DNA of 64,000 nucleotides from Octopus sinensis (taxonomy: Eukaryota): assembly GCF_006345805.1 (NCBI RefSeq), contig NC_043009.1, positions 37,634,001-37,698,000 of the forward strand, written 5' to 3'. The translations under genes and the position numbers were made by a program. Position 1 is the first letter of the stretch. Each line of letters opens with the position of its first letter. Positions 24,709 through 37,753 of the stretch are shown here, one piece after another. The notes beneath the pieces were generated by a model that saw nothing but the letters and a program-made list of their open reading frames with translations, made no database searches and was not told where the DNA came from.

Positions 24709-26681
24709 GAACAGTGTAGAACAAGGGCTATAATAAACTCTTCGTGGGCTGAATCTCACAGTGCAGCTCTGATTTCCCACTTGTAGCCTATTGACTTTTA
24801 TTTATGATGTTGATGCTTTTTGGAAAAGCACACTCATCATACAGTCTCATTTCCTTCTATAAATTTATGGTCTTGTGCCTCAGTAAGAAATCATCATCAT
24901 CATCATCATTATATTATTTTTATTATTATGATTATTATTATTATTATTATTATTGTTATAATTATGATTATAATTATTATTGCTATTGCTATTTCATTAC
25001 TGATATCTTGTTCCGTTTGCCAATTTCTCTCTCTCAAATGTATTTAAAAATCAGATTTTATTGTAAAAAAAAAAAAAAGAAAAAAAGAAAAAATTCCAAA
25101 TGTTCCCTTTGGCTGTATATTCACATGAATTAAAAACCTGATTTACTTTACAAAAAAAAAAAAGAAAGAAAAAGAAAAAAAGAAAAATATTTAAAAAATG
25201 GCAAAAAAAAACTCATCCTGCTCTCAATAAAAAAATTAAAAAAATTTTGAAGAGAAAAAATATCTTTAAAAAAGTGTTTTTTTAAAATAAATATATTTAA
25301 AAAAAGAAAAACAAGAAAAAATGCTATGAAAAAATTTGAAAATATTGAGAGTGTGGATTGATTTGTTTTTATTTGTTTGTATTATCAGGTATGAAGAAAA
25401 ATATGGTTTTTTTTTTTTTTTTGAAAAATATGAAGAAAAAAAAAATATTCAAAAAAAAATTTGAAAAGGGAAATAAAACTGTTGCAATAAAACTGATTGT
25501 ATAAAAAAACACAAAAAAATGCTGTGAAAGTATCTCAAATACTATCGATGATATGCGATCATCTGTGTATTTCATATATCTATTATGTGTATTGTTTAGT
25601 TCTGTTAGTCGATTGATTGATTAATTGATGGGTAATTGTAACTGTGATCAATTTTGAGTCAGTAATCTGGCAGCTAAATGACTCTAGAATATATATTGTC
25701 CTTCAGTATTTCAGAAATTTTTACTGTTGAGAAGTAAAAATGTGATATTAGGTTAAGGAACATGTGAAGTTGTGTCTGGAGAGAGTCATCCTCTTTTAGT
25801 GCCTTATTATTTAACACACTCACCAGTAAAAGTTTCCATTCATTTATTTTTTCCTCAAAAAAAAAAAAAGAAAAAGAAAACTTTAGCATTCTTGAATGTA
25901 GGTAGCATCATATTAGTTTGGGCTTGTCAACATTTCATTTTTGTCATCAGACATTCTTGTAGATTTAGGATTTTATTAACTGACAGGCAGTGGTGTTAGT
26001 AATCTGGCTCATTTGACAGCTAAAGGACAGATATTCCAGATCTTTTTACTGAAAAAGGAAGAGTGATTTATGTGTTTCGCAATGTGTGGATTCATTGCAT
26101 TAAAAAAAAAAAAGAAATTGTATCATGTTAGACTGAACTAGTGAATATTGGTACTGTTATATTAGTTTGGGCTATCAGGCATGTCTTCTTGAAGATTTAG
26201 GATTTAAAATATATTGTTCCATCATAATCAAAGACAAGATGAGTAGACATCTTCATTTTGAACATGGTGGGGATTTTCATGGAGAATTGTCTTTTATGAT
26301 TAAACCAAGCAGTTCCTAAGGCTTCATAGAAAACCACTTCAGTGGCCGAAGTTGGTTTCATTTTAATGATGGCTTATAATTTGTTTGATAATTTGAGATT
26401 TGGCTATTACACTGAGAAAGTTAGATGATTATAGAATAGGCTTATCCAGGGATTTGTGTTATTTAAAAATGATATAGACAATTTGATGATCCTAGCATCA
26501 CTTGAATGTTTCATTATCCTCTAGAATGGTAATTTAGTTAGGATTAAGGATTAATTTTATGTTCATAACAACTGGCACTGTCAATTACTACTAGAAATTT
26601 CCAGTTCTGATCAACAGAACAGCTTGCTCATGAAATAAACATGCAAGTGGCTGAGCACTTCACAGGCGTGTACGCTTAATG

Positions 26682-27340
26682 TACACCGTGTGATCAAAAG
26701 TATCCAGACGCCCACCTGATAATGAAGTACAAGTTTGGGCCATCCTCCATCAGGAACACTGGCAGTCAATATGGCCCACCCTTAGCTTTGATGACAGCCT
26801 CCACTCTCACTAGCATACTTTCAATCAGGTGGTGGAAGGTTTCTTGGAGAATGGTAGCCCATTCTTCACAGAGCGTCGATTTTGAGCAAGGGTATTGGTT
26901 AGGTCTAGTACGAAGTCAGCATTCCAAAATATTCCAGTGATGTTCCATGGGGTTTAACTTGGGATTCTGTGCAGGTCAGTCCATTAGTGAGACATTGTTG
27001 TTGAACCACTTTCCTACAAACCCTGCATTATGAATAGGTGCTTGGTTGTGCTGAAAGACACTGGTCATTCCCGAACTGGTTTTCAACAGTAGGCAATATG
27101 AAAGTGGCTAAGATGTCAGTGTAAGCTTGTACCATGACAATGCCATGTAAAATAACAAGGGGACCAAACCCTCTCCAGGAGAAACATGGCCACATCATGA
27201 CCCCCACCACTGCTGAATTTCACACTTGATACTATACAAGCTGGTACATATCGTTCACCAGGCATTTGCCACATTGTGTACTGTGATACATTGTACAACA
27301 GTTTTCCACTGTTCAATAGTCCAGTTTCAATGCTTTTTGC
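26682..27340 (-). mobile_element. Tc1-family transposase 3' fragment with terminal TIR (TA-CACCGTGTGATCAAAAGTATCCAGAC)
   Basis: Minus-strand peptides VMMWPCFSWRGFGPLV and KAKGGPY. Tc1-like terminus. Confidence 0.8.
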
Positions 27341-27855
27341 ACCACACAATAAGCTTTGGCCAGCCTGGGTCTACAGTAGAAAACATTTGTCCAAGGTGCC
27401 ATAAAGTGTGACTGAACCTGAGACGACATGGTTAAGGAGCAAGCTTCTAAACAACACAACCACACTTGCACATACTGAGATCTCATATCATTTCTAAAGG
27501 CTCTTACTTTCAGCTGCCTACACTGAAAGTAAGAAATAGAAACTCTTAAGATAGAGTGAGAAGGAGAATTGTTCATTGGAGGAGTTTATTAAAACAGGAT
27601 ATGCGTTTATGATTACTTAGCCTGTGAAGAGCAGTGGGTTATGTCATGTCATCTGAGATAAACAATAGAGTTCCTGATTAAAGCTTTTTTTTCATAACTG
27701 ATACAGGAAACCACACTCACAAAGAAATTTACTTCAAGCTAATGAGAGAAAGCTTGTATGTGGACACTACTTGGTAGATATAATAGATAAATTTCCTTCA
27801 AACCACACTCTACCATCTTAAACTGGGGAATAATGAATTGGAAAATGTCTTGTAT

Positions 27856-28212
27856 AGGAGTGGCTGTGTGATAAGTAGCTTGCTTACCAACCACATGGTT
27901 TCAGGTTTTGTCCCACTGCATGGCACCTTGGGCAAGTGCCTTCTACTATAGCCTCGGGCCAACCAAAGCCTTGTGTTTGGATTTGGTATACAGAAACTGA
28001 AAGAAGCCTGTCATGTTTGTGTCTGTGTTTGTCCCTCCAACATCACTTGACAACCGATGCTGGTGTGTTTACGTCCCTGTTACTTAGCAGTTTGGCAAAA
28101 GAGGCCGATAGAATAAGTACTAGGCTTACAAAGAATAAGTCCTAGGGTTGATTTGCTCGACTAAAAGGCGGTGCTTCAGCATGGCCACAGTCAAATGACT
28201 GGTACAAGTAAA
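27856..28212 (+). mobile_element. Family-A tRNA-derived SINE (GGCGTAGGAGTGGCTGTGTGG...GGTTCAGTCCC...GACTGAAACAAGTAAAA), full length
   Basis: A-box and B-box-like head. More than 20 copies or fragments occur in the window. Confidence 0.9.
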
Positions 28213-28874
28213 ATAATATATATATCATAATCATTGTTTAATGTTTGCTTTTGATGCTGGCATGGGTTGGGCAGTTTGGCAGGGAGCTGTCCAGATTCCA
28301 ACTGTCTGTTGTGGCATGGTTTCTACGGCTGGATGCCCTTCCTAATGCCAACCAATTAACAGTATGCTGGGTGCTTTTTAAGTGGCATTGGCAGCTGAAC
28401 AATATGGTATGATTTGATTAAGGACTTGCTTGTTATTTCTAGTAGTTTTATTTTCATATTTGATGGTGATGGTCATTAGTGAATACAGAGGATATACTTT
28501 TTAAGTTATTTTTCTTTCAATAGTCTTTTGTTATTTTTCAAGTGTTAATAAAGTTGAGGGTTCCCTTAGTGTTAGAACTGATATTGGTACTTAGTATCAG
28601 CATTTGTTGGTGACTAGCTTGGTAATGTATCTGTTGACTTACAAAGTAAGTTTATGGATCTTTTTGCTAGATTTTATCTTTTACTTATTTTCAATGTGAA
28701 AATCTAAAAGAGTCAAGTTTTAAATTATGAAGAAGCTCTTAACCAAAATCCAAGAACTTGGTCCTTTTTTTACAGATACTACTAAATTATATTCTGGACA
28801 TTCTTAGTGACAAGTAGTATCAACTTCCCAAATATAGTAATTTAATCTCCCTCAAAGCAGACTACCTTCCAGAA

Positions 28875-29212
28875 ATAGGTGTGGCTGTGTGGTAAGAAGC
28901 TTGCTTCCCAACCACATAATTCCGGGTTGAGTCCCACTGCACTGCACCTTGGGCAAGTGTCTTTCTTTTACTTTAGCCTCAGGCTAAGCTTTGTGAGTAG
29001 ATTTGGTAGATGGAAACTGAAAGAAGCCCATTGTATTTGTATATATCTATGAGTCTGTGTTTGTCCCTTACCACTGCTTAACAATCAGTGTGTTTACATT
29101 CTCGTAACTTAGCAGTTTGGCAAAAAGTACCGGGGTCAGTTCATTTAATTAAAAATTCTTGAAGGCAGTGCCCCAGCATACCTGCAATCTAATGACTGAA
29201 ACAAGTAAAAAA
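28875..29212 (+). mobile_element. Family-A SINE, diverged
   Basis: Homology to the other family-A copies. Confidence 0.85.
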
Positions 29213-29526
29213 GATTGGTCTGGGGTACTCAGTTAAATATATACTCAATGTATACTTAATGTGTATCATTATCCTTCATTTTTTGAAACAAAAATGTCGA
29301 TGGGCTATTTTCATTCAAAAGCTATTAGCGTGGTTCACCAAAAAACTGGAGAAGCAAATAAAAAAGAAAGGACGTTACACAAAATAATGAAAACTTAGCA
29401 ATAAAGTTGCCATAATGTGCAAACCAGGTGGGAAAATTTTTATCAAAATCGATTCACAGGAAACTGAGAAATCCTAAATTTCACTCCTAAGCTATTAGCA
29501 CAGTTCTGGGTATGTGTGTATATGTA

Positions 29527-29880
29527 TATCATCATCATCATCGTTTAACGTCTGTTTTCCGCGCTAGCATGGGTTGGACAGTTCAACCGGGGTCTGGGAA
29601 GCCAGGGGCTGCACCAGGCTCCAGTCTGATCTGGCAGTGTTTCTACAGCTGGATGCCCTTCCTAACGCCAACCACTCCGCGAGTGTAGTGGGTGCTTTTT
29701 ATGTGCCACCGGTACAGGTGCCAGGGGAGTCTGGCATCGACCACGATCAGTTGGTGCTTTTAACGTGCCACCGGCACGGAAGCCAGCCAAGGCGGCACTG
29801 GATTCGGCCACGTTCGGATGGTGCTTTTTATGTGCCACCGGCACAGAAGCCAGTCGAGGTGGCGCTGGCAACGATGAGAC
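29527..29880 (-). mobile_element. RTE 3'-end fragment (3 core units)
   Basis: Reverse complement of the 1649-1945 type. Confidence 0.9.
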
Positions 29881-30719
29881 AGCGCCAGTGGTTTCAAGGT
29901 AGGAAGAATTCACAGAGTTCGGTTTAATGAAGTGACCACACGGCTAAGCCCACACGCACGACATACTTATGTGGGTATATGTGTATAAGTACAAAGGTAA
30001 GAACTAATCTGGGAGACTGAAATTATAAAAATTTTGGTACTTCAATTGTTAAGCTGTTGCTATGTTTAGAGTTAGACCTTTGGGAATTTTATCGTAAAGC
30101 TGTTTACATTTTATTGATCCAGTTATGACCTTCCCATTATTTTGTATGTGCAAGGCTACATTGTCCAGTGTGTTCTTTGTTTTCTCTTTTTCAAGATGGT
30201 TATGAAGTATTTGAGGAAAATTTAGCTATTGTTTCTAGTAGATTAAGTTACTGTAGAGTTTCTTCTTGGTTTGAATATGATTTTATTTTCTAACCATGTG
30301 TACTGTTTTTTCTGAAATGAGATGATCAGACATAACTGTTTGGATGTTGATGATTTGACACAACTGACTAAACATCCCACCTGTTTTGGCACTGGAGGAA
30401 AATGCACCCATGTGCAGAAATATACATGGATAGATATTACAGATATCTAAAAGGCATAAATAGTTGCTCATACACATAAACAAAGCGAGTGGGGGAATTA
30501 AAATGCCTGATGTCAAATGAGTCGGTATTGAATCAGCAACACCAAAACAGCTGTGTCAAAACGTCTCATAGCCTGTTCGCTCAGAAACTTTTCTGTTCAG
30601 TTAAACATGCTACAATGTATAATTTCTCTTTCTTTTTCAGCCATTCTGAAGATTCTGCCACAACAGTGAAGTAAAGTGCAATTCAAAAAGGAAGGAAATT
30701 AATTGGGTTCTAGGATTTT

Positions 30720-31520
30720 TTTTTTTTTTTGTTTTCTAAGATTGATGCTCTTTAAACAGTTGCAAGTCAACAACTGTAGGAATGAGATATGCTGGTAGAG
30801 AATTCCAGAGGGACAACATTCTGGGGGAAAAAAGACGAGGTATATGTTGGTCTCATACCACTTGAAAAGAGATGGCGAGAGACCAACCATCTTTGAGGGG
30901 CAAAGGGTTTCTGTGAGTAACTTTATGCCAATCATTTGAGTGGTCTTTCTCTAGGAGCAGTCTAAAATGTCTTTGTGCAGCAATAGCACCATCCCCAGAT
31001 GTGATCACAGTACTCCATTGTGGTTTTTTCCCTTAAAATTTTCAGAGGGTCAGTAAGGGATCTAAAGTATTTTCTGGCTCTGATGTTACAGGCCAGTCTT
31101 TGAAATATAGTCCTAGCTATGTTAAGATGTGGGTTTATCATGAGATCTGTGAAAGTAAAGTCTGGCATTTAGAGTAATCACAAAGGTTCCAGTGGTGCTC
31201 CATATTAGGGGTGGGTTTGCAATGCTTCCTTGATATGAGAAGTGCCTGGAGTTTCTTGCTGTTGAAGGTGACAAGGTTGGCATGATTTTATTAGATGCTT
31301 CTCTTCATGGAGTTGGTGGTCATTAAGGAGAGAGATTTGAGCTGTTGTAGGACGCAGATGATAATTGGCTATCTCCATTACCCTTGAGATATTGGAAGTG
31401 TGATAGTTGACAGGGTATGAGAGGCAGCCCATGTTGGGAATGGGATACTTGAGCATGTTTCCAGAGATCATGGTATATTCCTTTAAGGAGAGAAAGAATG
31501 AAGAATTTGGTGAGTATAAG
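30720..31520 (-). mobile_element. Decayed CR1/Jockey-group LINE RT C-terminal remnant
   Basis: NLVTFNSKKLQ, TMEYCDHIWG and a WNSLPA-like segment on the minus strand, with frameshifts. Confidence 0.65.
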
Positions 31521-32070
31521 GATTAGCTCTGGGACACATTGTCTGAGAGAAATGGAAGAGGCCAGCAGCCTTATTAATAATTAAGTATATAAACTTTTAA
31601 AACATTTAATTTAACAAATTAAAATAGCCATTTACGTATCACACTTTATCTAAGTACATTGTTACTGCAGTATTTGTCTTGAGGTAGCATCATTTATGGA
31701 CATGCTGTGTTTAAAAAGCACAATAGATATCAGAAGGAGATGAAAAAAATCATTCTCAGTAACAGCTGGTGAAACTGACAGATGCATGTCTGGGAAGAGA
31801 TTTTACAAAATATGCATACCTTGAACGTAAAATACAATAGCCTGATTATATAATACACAATATACTACCCTGAGTATATAATAATCAATATATATATTTA
31901 TATCCTGAATGTATATTGCACAATATACAGTCTTGTGTGTGAACCCTCATGTATATATAATGGATACAGGTGTGGTTCTGAGTGAAGTTTCGTGGCATGC
32001 TTCTTCAGCCCTGGGTTGATTAAAGATTTGTGAATAGATTTGGCACACAGAAACTGAAAGAAGCCTACCT

Positions 32071-32107
<37 letters not shown>

Positions 32108-32410
32108 GTACATATATCTTCATTTAATATATGTTTTCTAAGCTAGACACAACATGCACACATGTAGGTGTGCAATGCTAAGTGTCTCCTTGTTTTGGTG
32201 TCATGTGATAATTGTTAATGAGTGTCACTGTCATACAAGCAGTGCCATTCATTTCCAGTATTCTGCAGCAACATTTCTGGTAATGGGGAAATTTACCTTT
32301 CTAACCCAGTAAGGTTTAGCAAAGAAAAGGGAATCTGGCTGTAGAAAATCTGCTTCAGTAAACTCCATCTAACACATGCAATATTAAATGATGTTAAGAT
32401 TATTTCTATA

Positions 32411-32772
32411 GGCGTAGGAGTGGCTGTGTGGTAAGTAGCTTGCTTACGATCCACATGGTTCCGGGTTCAGTCCCACTGCGTGGCACCTTGGGCGACTGTC
32501 TTCTACTATAGTCTCAGGCCAACCAATGCCTTGTGAGTAAATTTGGTAGATGGAAACTGAAAGAAGCCCGTCGTATATGTATGTTTGTCCCCCCAACATC
32601 GCTTGACAACTGATGCTGGTGTGTTTACGTCCCCGTAACTTAGTGGTTCGGCAAAAGAGACCGATAGAATAAGTACTAGGCTTACAAAGAATAAGTCCTG
32701 GGGTCGATTTGCTTGACTAAAGGTGGTGCTCCAGCATGGCCACAGTCAAATGACTGAAACAAGTAAAAGAGA
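32411..32772 (+). mobile_element. Family-A SINE, young full-length copy
   Basis: Near-consensus sequence. Confidence 0.92.
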
Positions 32773-33014
32773 GAGTAGATATTCTATAGAAATTATAGGC
32801 AGCACTGACTTTTTGCTCCAGATGTCAGATGTAAACAAACAATGAGATCGAAGATGAAAAATGGTCAATAGGTGTATATGCCATATTTTGGGGGTTTTTG
32901 CCTCATCATCAGCACCTATCTAGCCCATTAATTGTCCTCGAAAGCATTGCTTAAATCTACATATTAAATGCATTCCTGGAATGATTATATATATATATAT
33001 ATATGTGTGTTTAA

Positions 33015-33373
33015 TCTTTACTTGTTTCAGTCATTTGACTGCGGCCATGCTGGAGCACCGCCTTTAGTCGAGCAACTCGACCCTGGGACTTATTCTTTGT
33101 AAGCCCAGTACTTATTCTATCGGTCTCTTTTGCCGAACCACTAAGTGACGGGGACATAAACACACCAGCATCGGTTGTCAAGTAATGCTAGGGGGACAAA
33201 CATATATATACGATGGGTTTCTTTCAGTTTCCATCTACCAAATCCACTCACAAGGCTTTGGTCGGCCCTAGGCTATAGTAGAAGACACTTTCCCAAGGTG
33301 CCACGCAGTGGGACTGAACCCATGACCATGTGGTTGGTAAGCAAGCTATTTACCACACAGCCACTCCTGCGCC
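33015..33373 (-). mobile_element. Family-A SINE, young full-length copy (convergent with 32411-32772)
   Basis: Reverse complement of the family-A consensus. Confidence 0.92.
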
Positions 33374-33781
33374 TATGTGTGTGTGTGTCTGTTTATAATT
33401 TGTGCTCTACAAAAGCCACTTGCTATGAGCAGTGTTGTCACATCCTTCATTTCATGCCTTAAAACAAGATAAATTATCTAGCTGTATAACACAAATCCTG
33501 AGTATATAATACACAATGTACACACCCTCACTATAATACATAATATATGTATCCTAATTGTGTAATTCATGATATATAGATATCTTGGTTGTATATTACA
33601 CCAATATACATTATATGTTATACAATGGTTGTGTGGTTAAGAAGCTCACTGCAACCATGAGGTTTTGGGTTCAGACCTTGGACAGGTGTCTTCTATAGTC
33701 CTGAGCTGACCAATGCTTTGTGAGTGAATTTGGTTAATAGAAACGGTATGGAATTAGTAGACAGAAACTGAAAGAAGCCTA

Positions 33782-33816
<35 letters not shown>

Positions 33817-34647
33817 TATAAATGTGTTGTTGTGTGTTTACAGCCCCCATAACTTAGCATTTCAGCAAAAGAGACCTATAGAAAAAGTAACAGGCCTTAA
33901 GAAAATAAGTACAGGGGTTGATTAGTTTGAGAAAACTTCCTTGAGGCAATATCCCAGCATGGCTGCAGTCTAATGACTGAAACAAGTAAAAGATACAGGA
34001 TATTCTCAATATATCTTAAGTGAGATTAAATTACAGCTTGGCCAGGCCAGTACTTCAGTCAAGAGGGAAAAGAGATCTTCAAATAAGGATAGGTTTTAAA
34101 TTAACAAACCAACGAATAAATAAACTTCTTTAACTGTATATTTGTGTTTGTGCCCCACTACTTGACAACTAGTGTCAGTTTGTTTTTGTCCCAGTAACTT
34201 AGCAGTTTGGCAAAAAAGACCAATAGAATAAATGTCAGACTTAAAAGATAGGTACCGGGGTCAATTTGTTTCACTAAACCCTTCAAGGCAGTGCCCCAGC
34301 ATGGCCACAGCTCGATGACTGAAACAAGTAAATGATGAGATATACATATCCTGACAGTATAATAATAAACACTATACAAATTTTTATGGTATAATGACAT
34401 GTTTTTATAGAATTTTCACTTTATTGAGACTTTAAATCTAAAAATTAGGAGTGTGTATGATACACAAAAGCTATTATTCATTTTTCAGTCATGTGAGTGT
34501 TGGCATGGTCAGGATGACTTAACCAGATGTCAACTAAATCTATTGTTCAAGCTAAGAGTTTAAATTATTATACTAATGTTATGGTTCTTTTGTATGATAG
34601 TAACACATTAAATGTTCATTATACTTCACAAATATGCTCATACCATA

Positions 34648-35024
34648 GACGTAGGAATGGCTGTGTGGTAAGTAGCTTGCTTACGAATCACATGGTTCTG
34701 GGTTCAGTCCCACTGCATGGCACCTTGGGCAAGTGTCTTCTACTATAGCTTCGGGCTGACCAAAGCCTTGTGAGTGGATTTGGTAGATGGAAACTGAAAG
34801 AAGCCCGTCGTATATGTATGTTTGTGTGTCTGTGTTGTCCCCCCCCCCAACATCGCTTGACAACCAACGCTGGTGTGTTTACGTCCCTGTAACTTAGCGG
34901 TTCGGCTAAAGAGATCGATAGAATAAGTACTGGGCTTACAAAGAATAAGTCCTGGCGTCGATTTGCTCGACTAAAGGCGGTGCCCCAGCATGGCCACAGT
35001 CAAATGACTGCAACAAGTAAAAGA
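34648..35024 (+). mobile_element. Family-A SINE, young full-length copy
   Basis: Near-consensus sequence. Confidence 0.92.
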
Positions 35025-35322
35025 GATACCAGATATTGTATTGATCAAAGTTGTTTAACAGAAGTAAAATATAAAGCAGAAACAGTGACAGCAAAGTGAC
35101 TCAATGAACCAAGTTTCTGTTTATATGCTACTGTGTCTTGATCTGAGTATATATACACTGCTATAAGAACACATCATCATCATCATTTAATGTCCACCTT
35201 TCCATGCCTCCATGGGTCAGGTGGAATTTGTTGAAGCAAGTTTTCTCTCACCAAATGCCCTTCCTATTGCCAATCCTTACCTGCTTCCTAGCAGGTTAAT
35301 ATTTCCCATAGCTAGGTTTTTT

Positions 35323-35784
35323 GGATCTTTTCGGTTTGAACGGCAGTTTTTAACATAATTTCTAGGTAACTAAAAAATTTTAAACTTCGTATACTGGTAG
35401 AATGTGTTTATAAAACATCGTTTTCTCTTGGCTTTATTGAGAAAATTCTATAGTTTGTAAGATATTTGTTGTTTTTTTTCTGCAATTTCAACCAATCAGT
35501 GACATCTATTGAGGTAAAAAACATTCTGTGCCGTATGAATATGTCCCTCGTTTAAGAAACAGATTGGGTTTTTTTTTTGTTTTTTTTTTGTACTTGTTTC
35601 AGTCATTTGACTGCGGCCATGCTGGAGCTTACATTTGTGAAGAAAAAAAGATACCCTTCCCCCCACCCTAACCCTAACCCTAAAACAGATTGAAATGCAA
35701 TAGATCGATACTAGGATAATATTTATGGGTGACAATTTCATATGACACTGCTAGAAAAAACTGCTGTTCAAACCGAAAAGATCC
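35323..35784. mobile_element. MITE with 28-bp TIRs (GGATCTTTTCGGTTTGAACGGCAGTTTT) and 9-bp TSD (A/G)GGTTTTTT, Mutator-like
   Basis: TIRs and an 8/9 TSD are read directly. Contains (CCCTAA)3 and an inserted SINE tail. Confidence 0.8.
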
Positions 35785-36265
35785 GGGTTTTTTTTCACAG
35801 AAGACTGAACATGAACCATATCACTTGTATGACAGATGGCTACTTTAATTTAATTAATGGCATATACTAGGTTTTTATTCAGCCTGATAGCTATTTGCAC
35901 TATCTATGAATGCATTCTCTGTATCCTATATTGGAAGTGACAAATCTTGCATGACCGTGTTAAAGAAGTTTATTTATTTGTCGGTTTGTTAATTTAAAAC
36001 ATATCCTTATTTGAAGATCTCGTTTCCCTCTTGACTGAAGTACTGGCCATGCCAAGCTGTAATTTAATCTCACATAAGATATATTGAGAATATCCTGTAT
36101 CTTTTACTTGTTTCAGTCATCAGTCTGTGGCCATGCTGGGATACCACCTCAAAGAAGTTTTGTCAAACTAATCAACCCCTGTACTTATTTTCTTTTTAAG
36201 GCCTGTTACTTTTTCTATAGGTCTCTTTTGCTGAAATGCTAAGTTATGGGGACTGTAAACACAAT

Positions 36266-36321
<56 letters not shown>

Positions 36322-36324
<3 letters not shown>

Positions 36325-37753
36325 GTGCAGCAATGTCAAAGGAAGGCTAACTAGGTTTTTATTCAGCCTGATAGCTATTTGCACTATCTATGAATGCATT
36401 CTCTGTGTCCTATATTGGAAGTGACAAATCTTGCATGACCGTGTTAAAGAAGTTTATTTATTTGTCGGTTTGTTAATTTAAAACATATCCTTATTTGAAT
36501 ATAGGACACAGGAAAATAGTTTTTGTCTGTGGCAGATGCTCAGGAGCAATAAACACTGAAAATGTGCAGAGACCAACTTCTACCACGTTCCAGGGAGAAA
36601 AACTAGAAGTAGTTGATAGCTTCCGCTACCTAGGTGACCAAGTCAGTAGCGGGGGTGGGTGTGCTGAAAGTGTAACTGCTAGAGTAAGAATAGCCTGGGC
36701 AAAGTTTAGAGAGCTCTTACCCCTGCTGGTGACAAAAGGCCTCTCGCTCAGAGTAAAAGGCAGACTGTATGATGCATGTGTACGTACAGCCATGCTACAT
36801 GGTAGTGAAACATGGGCTGTGACTGCTAAGGATATGCGTAAGCTCGCAAGAAATGAAGCCAGTATGCTCCGATGAATGTGTAATGTCAGTGTTCATAATC
36901 GACAGAGTGTAAGTACCTTGAGAGAAAAGTTGGACCCAAGAAGCATCAGTTGTGGTGTGCAAGAGAGACGTTTGCGCTGGTATGGTCATGTGACGAGAAT
37001 GGCTGAAGATAGTTGTGTGCAAAAGTGCCACACCCTAGCAGTTGAGGGAACCTGTGGAAGAGGTAGACCCAGGAAAACCTGGGACGAGGTGGTGAAGCAC
37101 GACCTTCGAACTTTAGGTCTCACTAAGGAAATGACTAGAGACCGAGACCTATGGAAGTATGCTGTGCATGAGAAGACCCAGCAAGACTAGTGAGACCATA
37201 ACCCGTGGCCTCTACCTGGTATGTAGCCAGTCGACTTATACATACCTTTCCTTCTTGGGACACAAAACTCCACTTGTGAAGACCCGTTGAGGCAAGTGAA
37301 AATCAAAATCAAATCAGATATCAGAAAGCAGAACCAAAATCGAAGTCGATCAACATCAATGGAAATTGCAGCTGTGATACCAGTGCCGGTGACAAGTAAG
37401 CAAACCATCTGATCGTGGCTGTTGCCAGCGCCGCCCTGACTGGCCTCCGTGCCAGTGGCACGTAAAAAGCACCATCCGTTTGTGGCCGTTGCCAGCCTTG
37501 CCTGGCCCCCGTGCCAGTGGCACATAAAAAGCACCATCCGTCCGTGGCCGTTTGCCAGCTCCGTCTGGCACATGTGCAGGTGGCACGTAAAAAGCACCCA
37601 CTACACTCACGGAGTGGTTAGCGTTAGGAAGGGCATCCAGCCGTAGAAACACTGCCAGATCAGACGGCCTGATGCAGCCTTCTGGCTTCACAGACCCCAG
37701 TTGAACCGTCCAACCCATGCTAGCTTGGAAAGCGGACACTAAATGATGATGAT
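36322..37753 (+). mobile_element. 5'-truncated RTE LINE (ORF2 C-terminus plus 3' UTR), interrupted by a 150-bp templated insertion
   Basis: ORFs 36495-36875 and 36876-37190 (FRYLGD, GSETW, RRLRWYGH, GRGRPRKTW). One in-frame TGA. (GAT)n tail. Confidence 0.95.

Noticed and set aside
29690-29870. Repeat-spacer pattern resembling a CRISPR array (also at 1650-1790, 37440-37590 and 45030-45320)
   Set aside because: It is the 3' UTR of an RTE LINE in a eukaryotic genome. The spacers are related to each other and there are no cas genes.
30641-30670. 30-nt plus-strand micro-exon-like segment (tttcag|...|gtaaag)
   Set aside because: Isolated, with no partner exons or homology. Pseudo-exons are frequent in AT-rich DNA.
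32411-32490. tRNA-like heads of SINEs
   Set aside because: They have A/B boxes but no complete cloverleaf, and they continue into SINE bodies. No true tRNA gene was identified.
35666-35683. Telomeric repeats as a sign of a chromosome end or fusion
   Set aside because: Only three units, and they are internal to a MITE.
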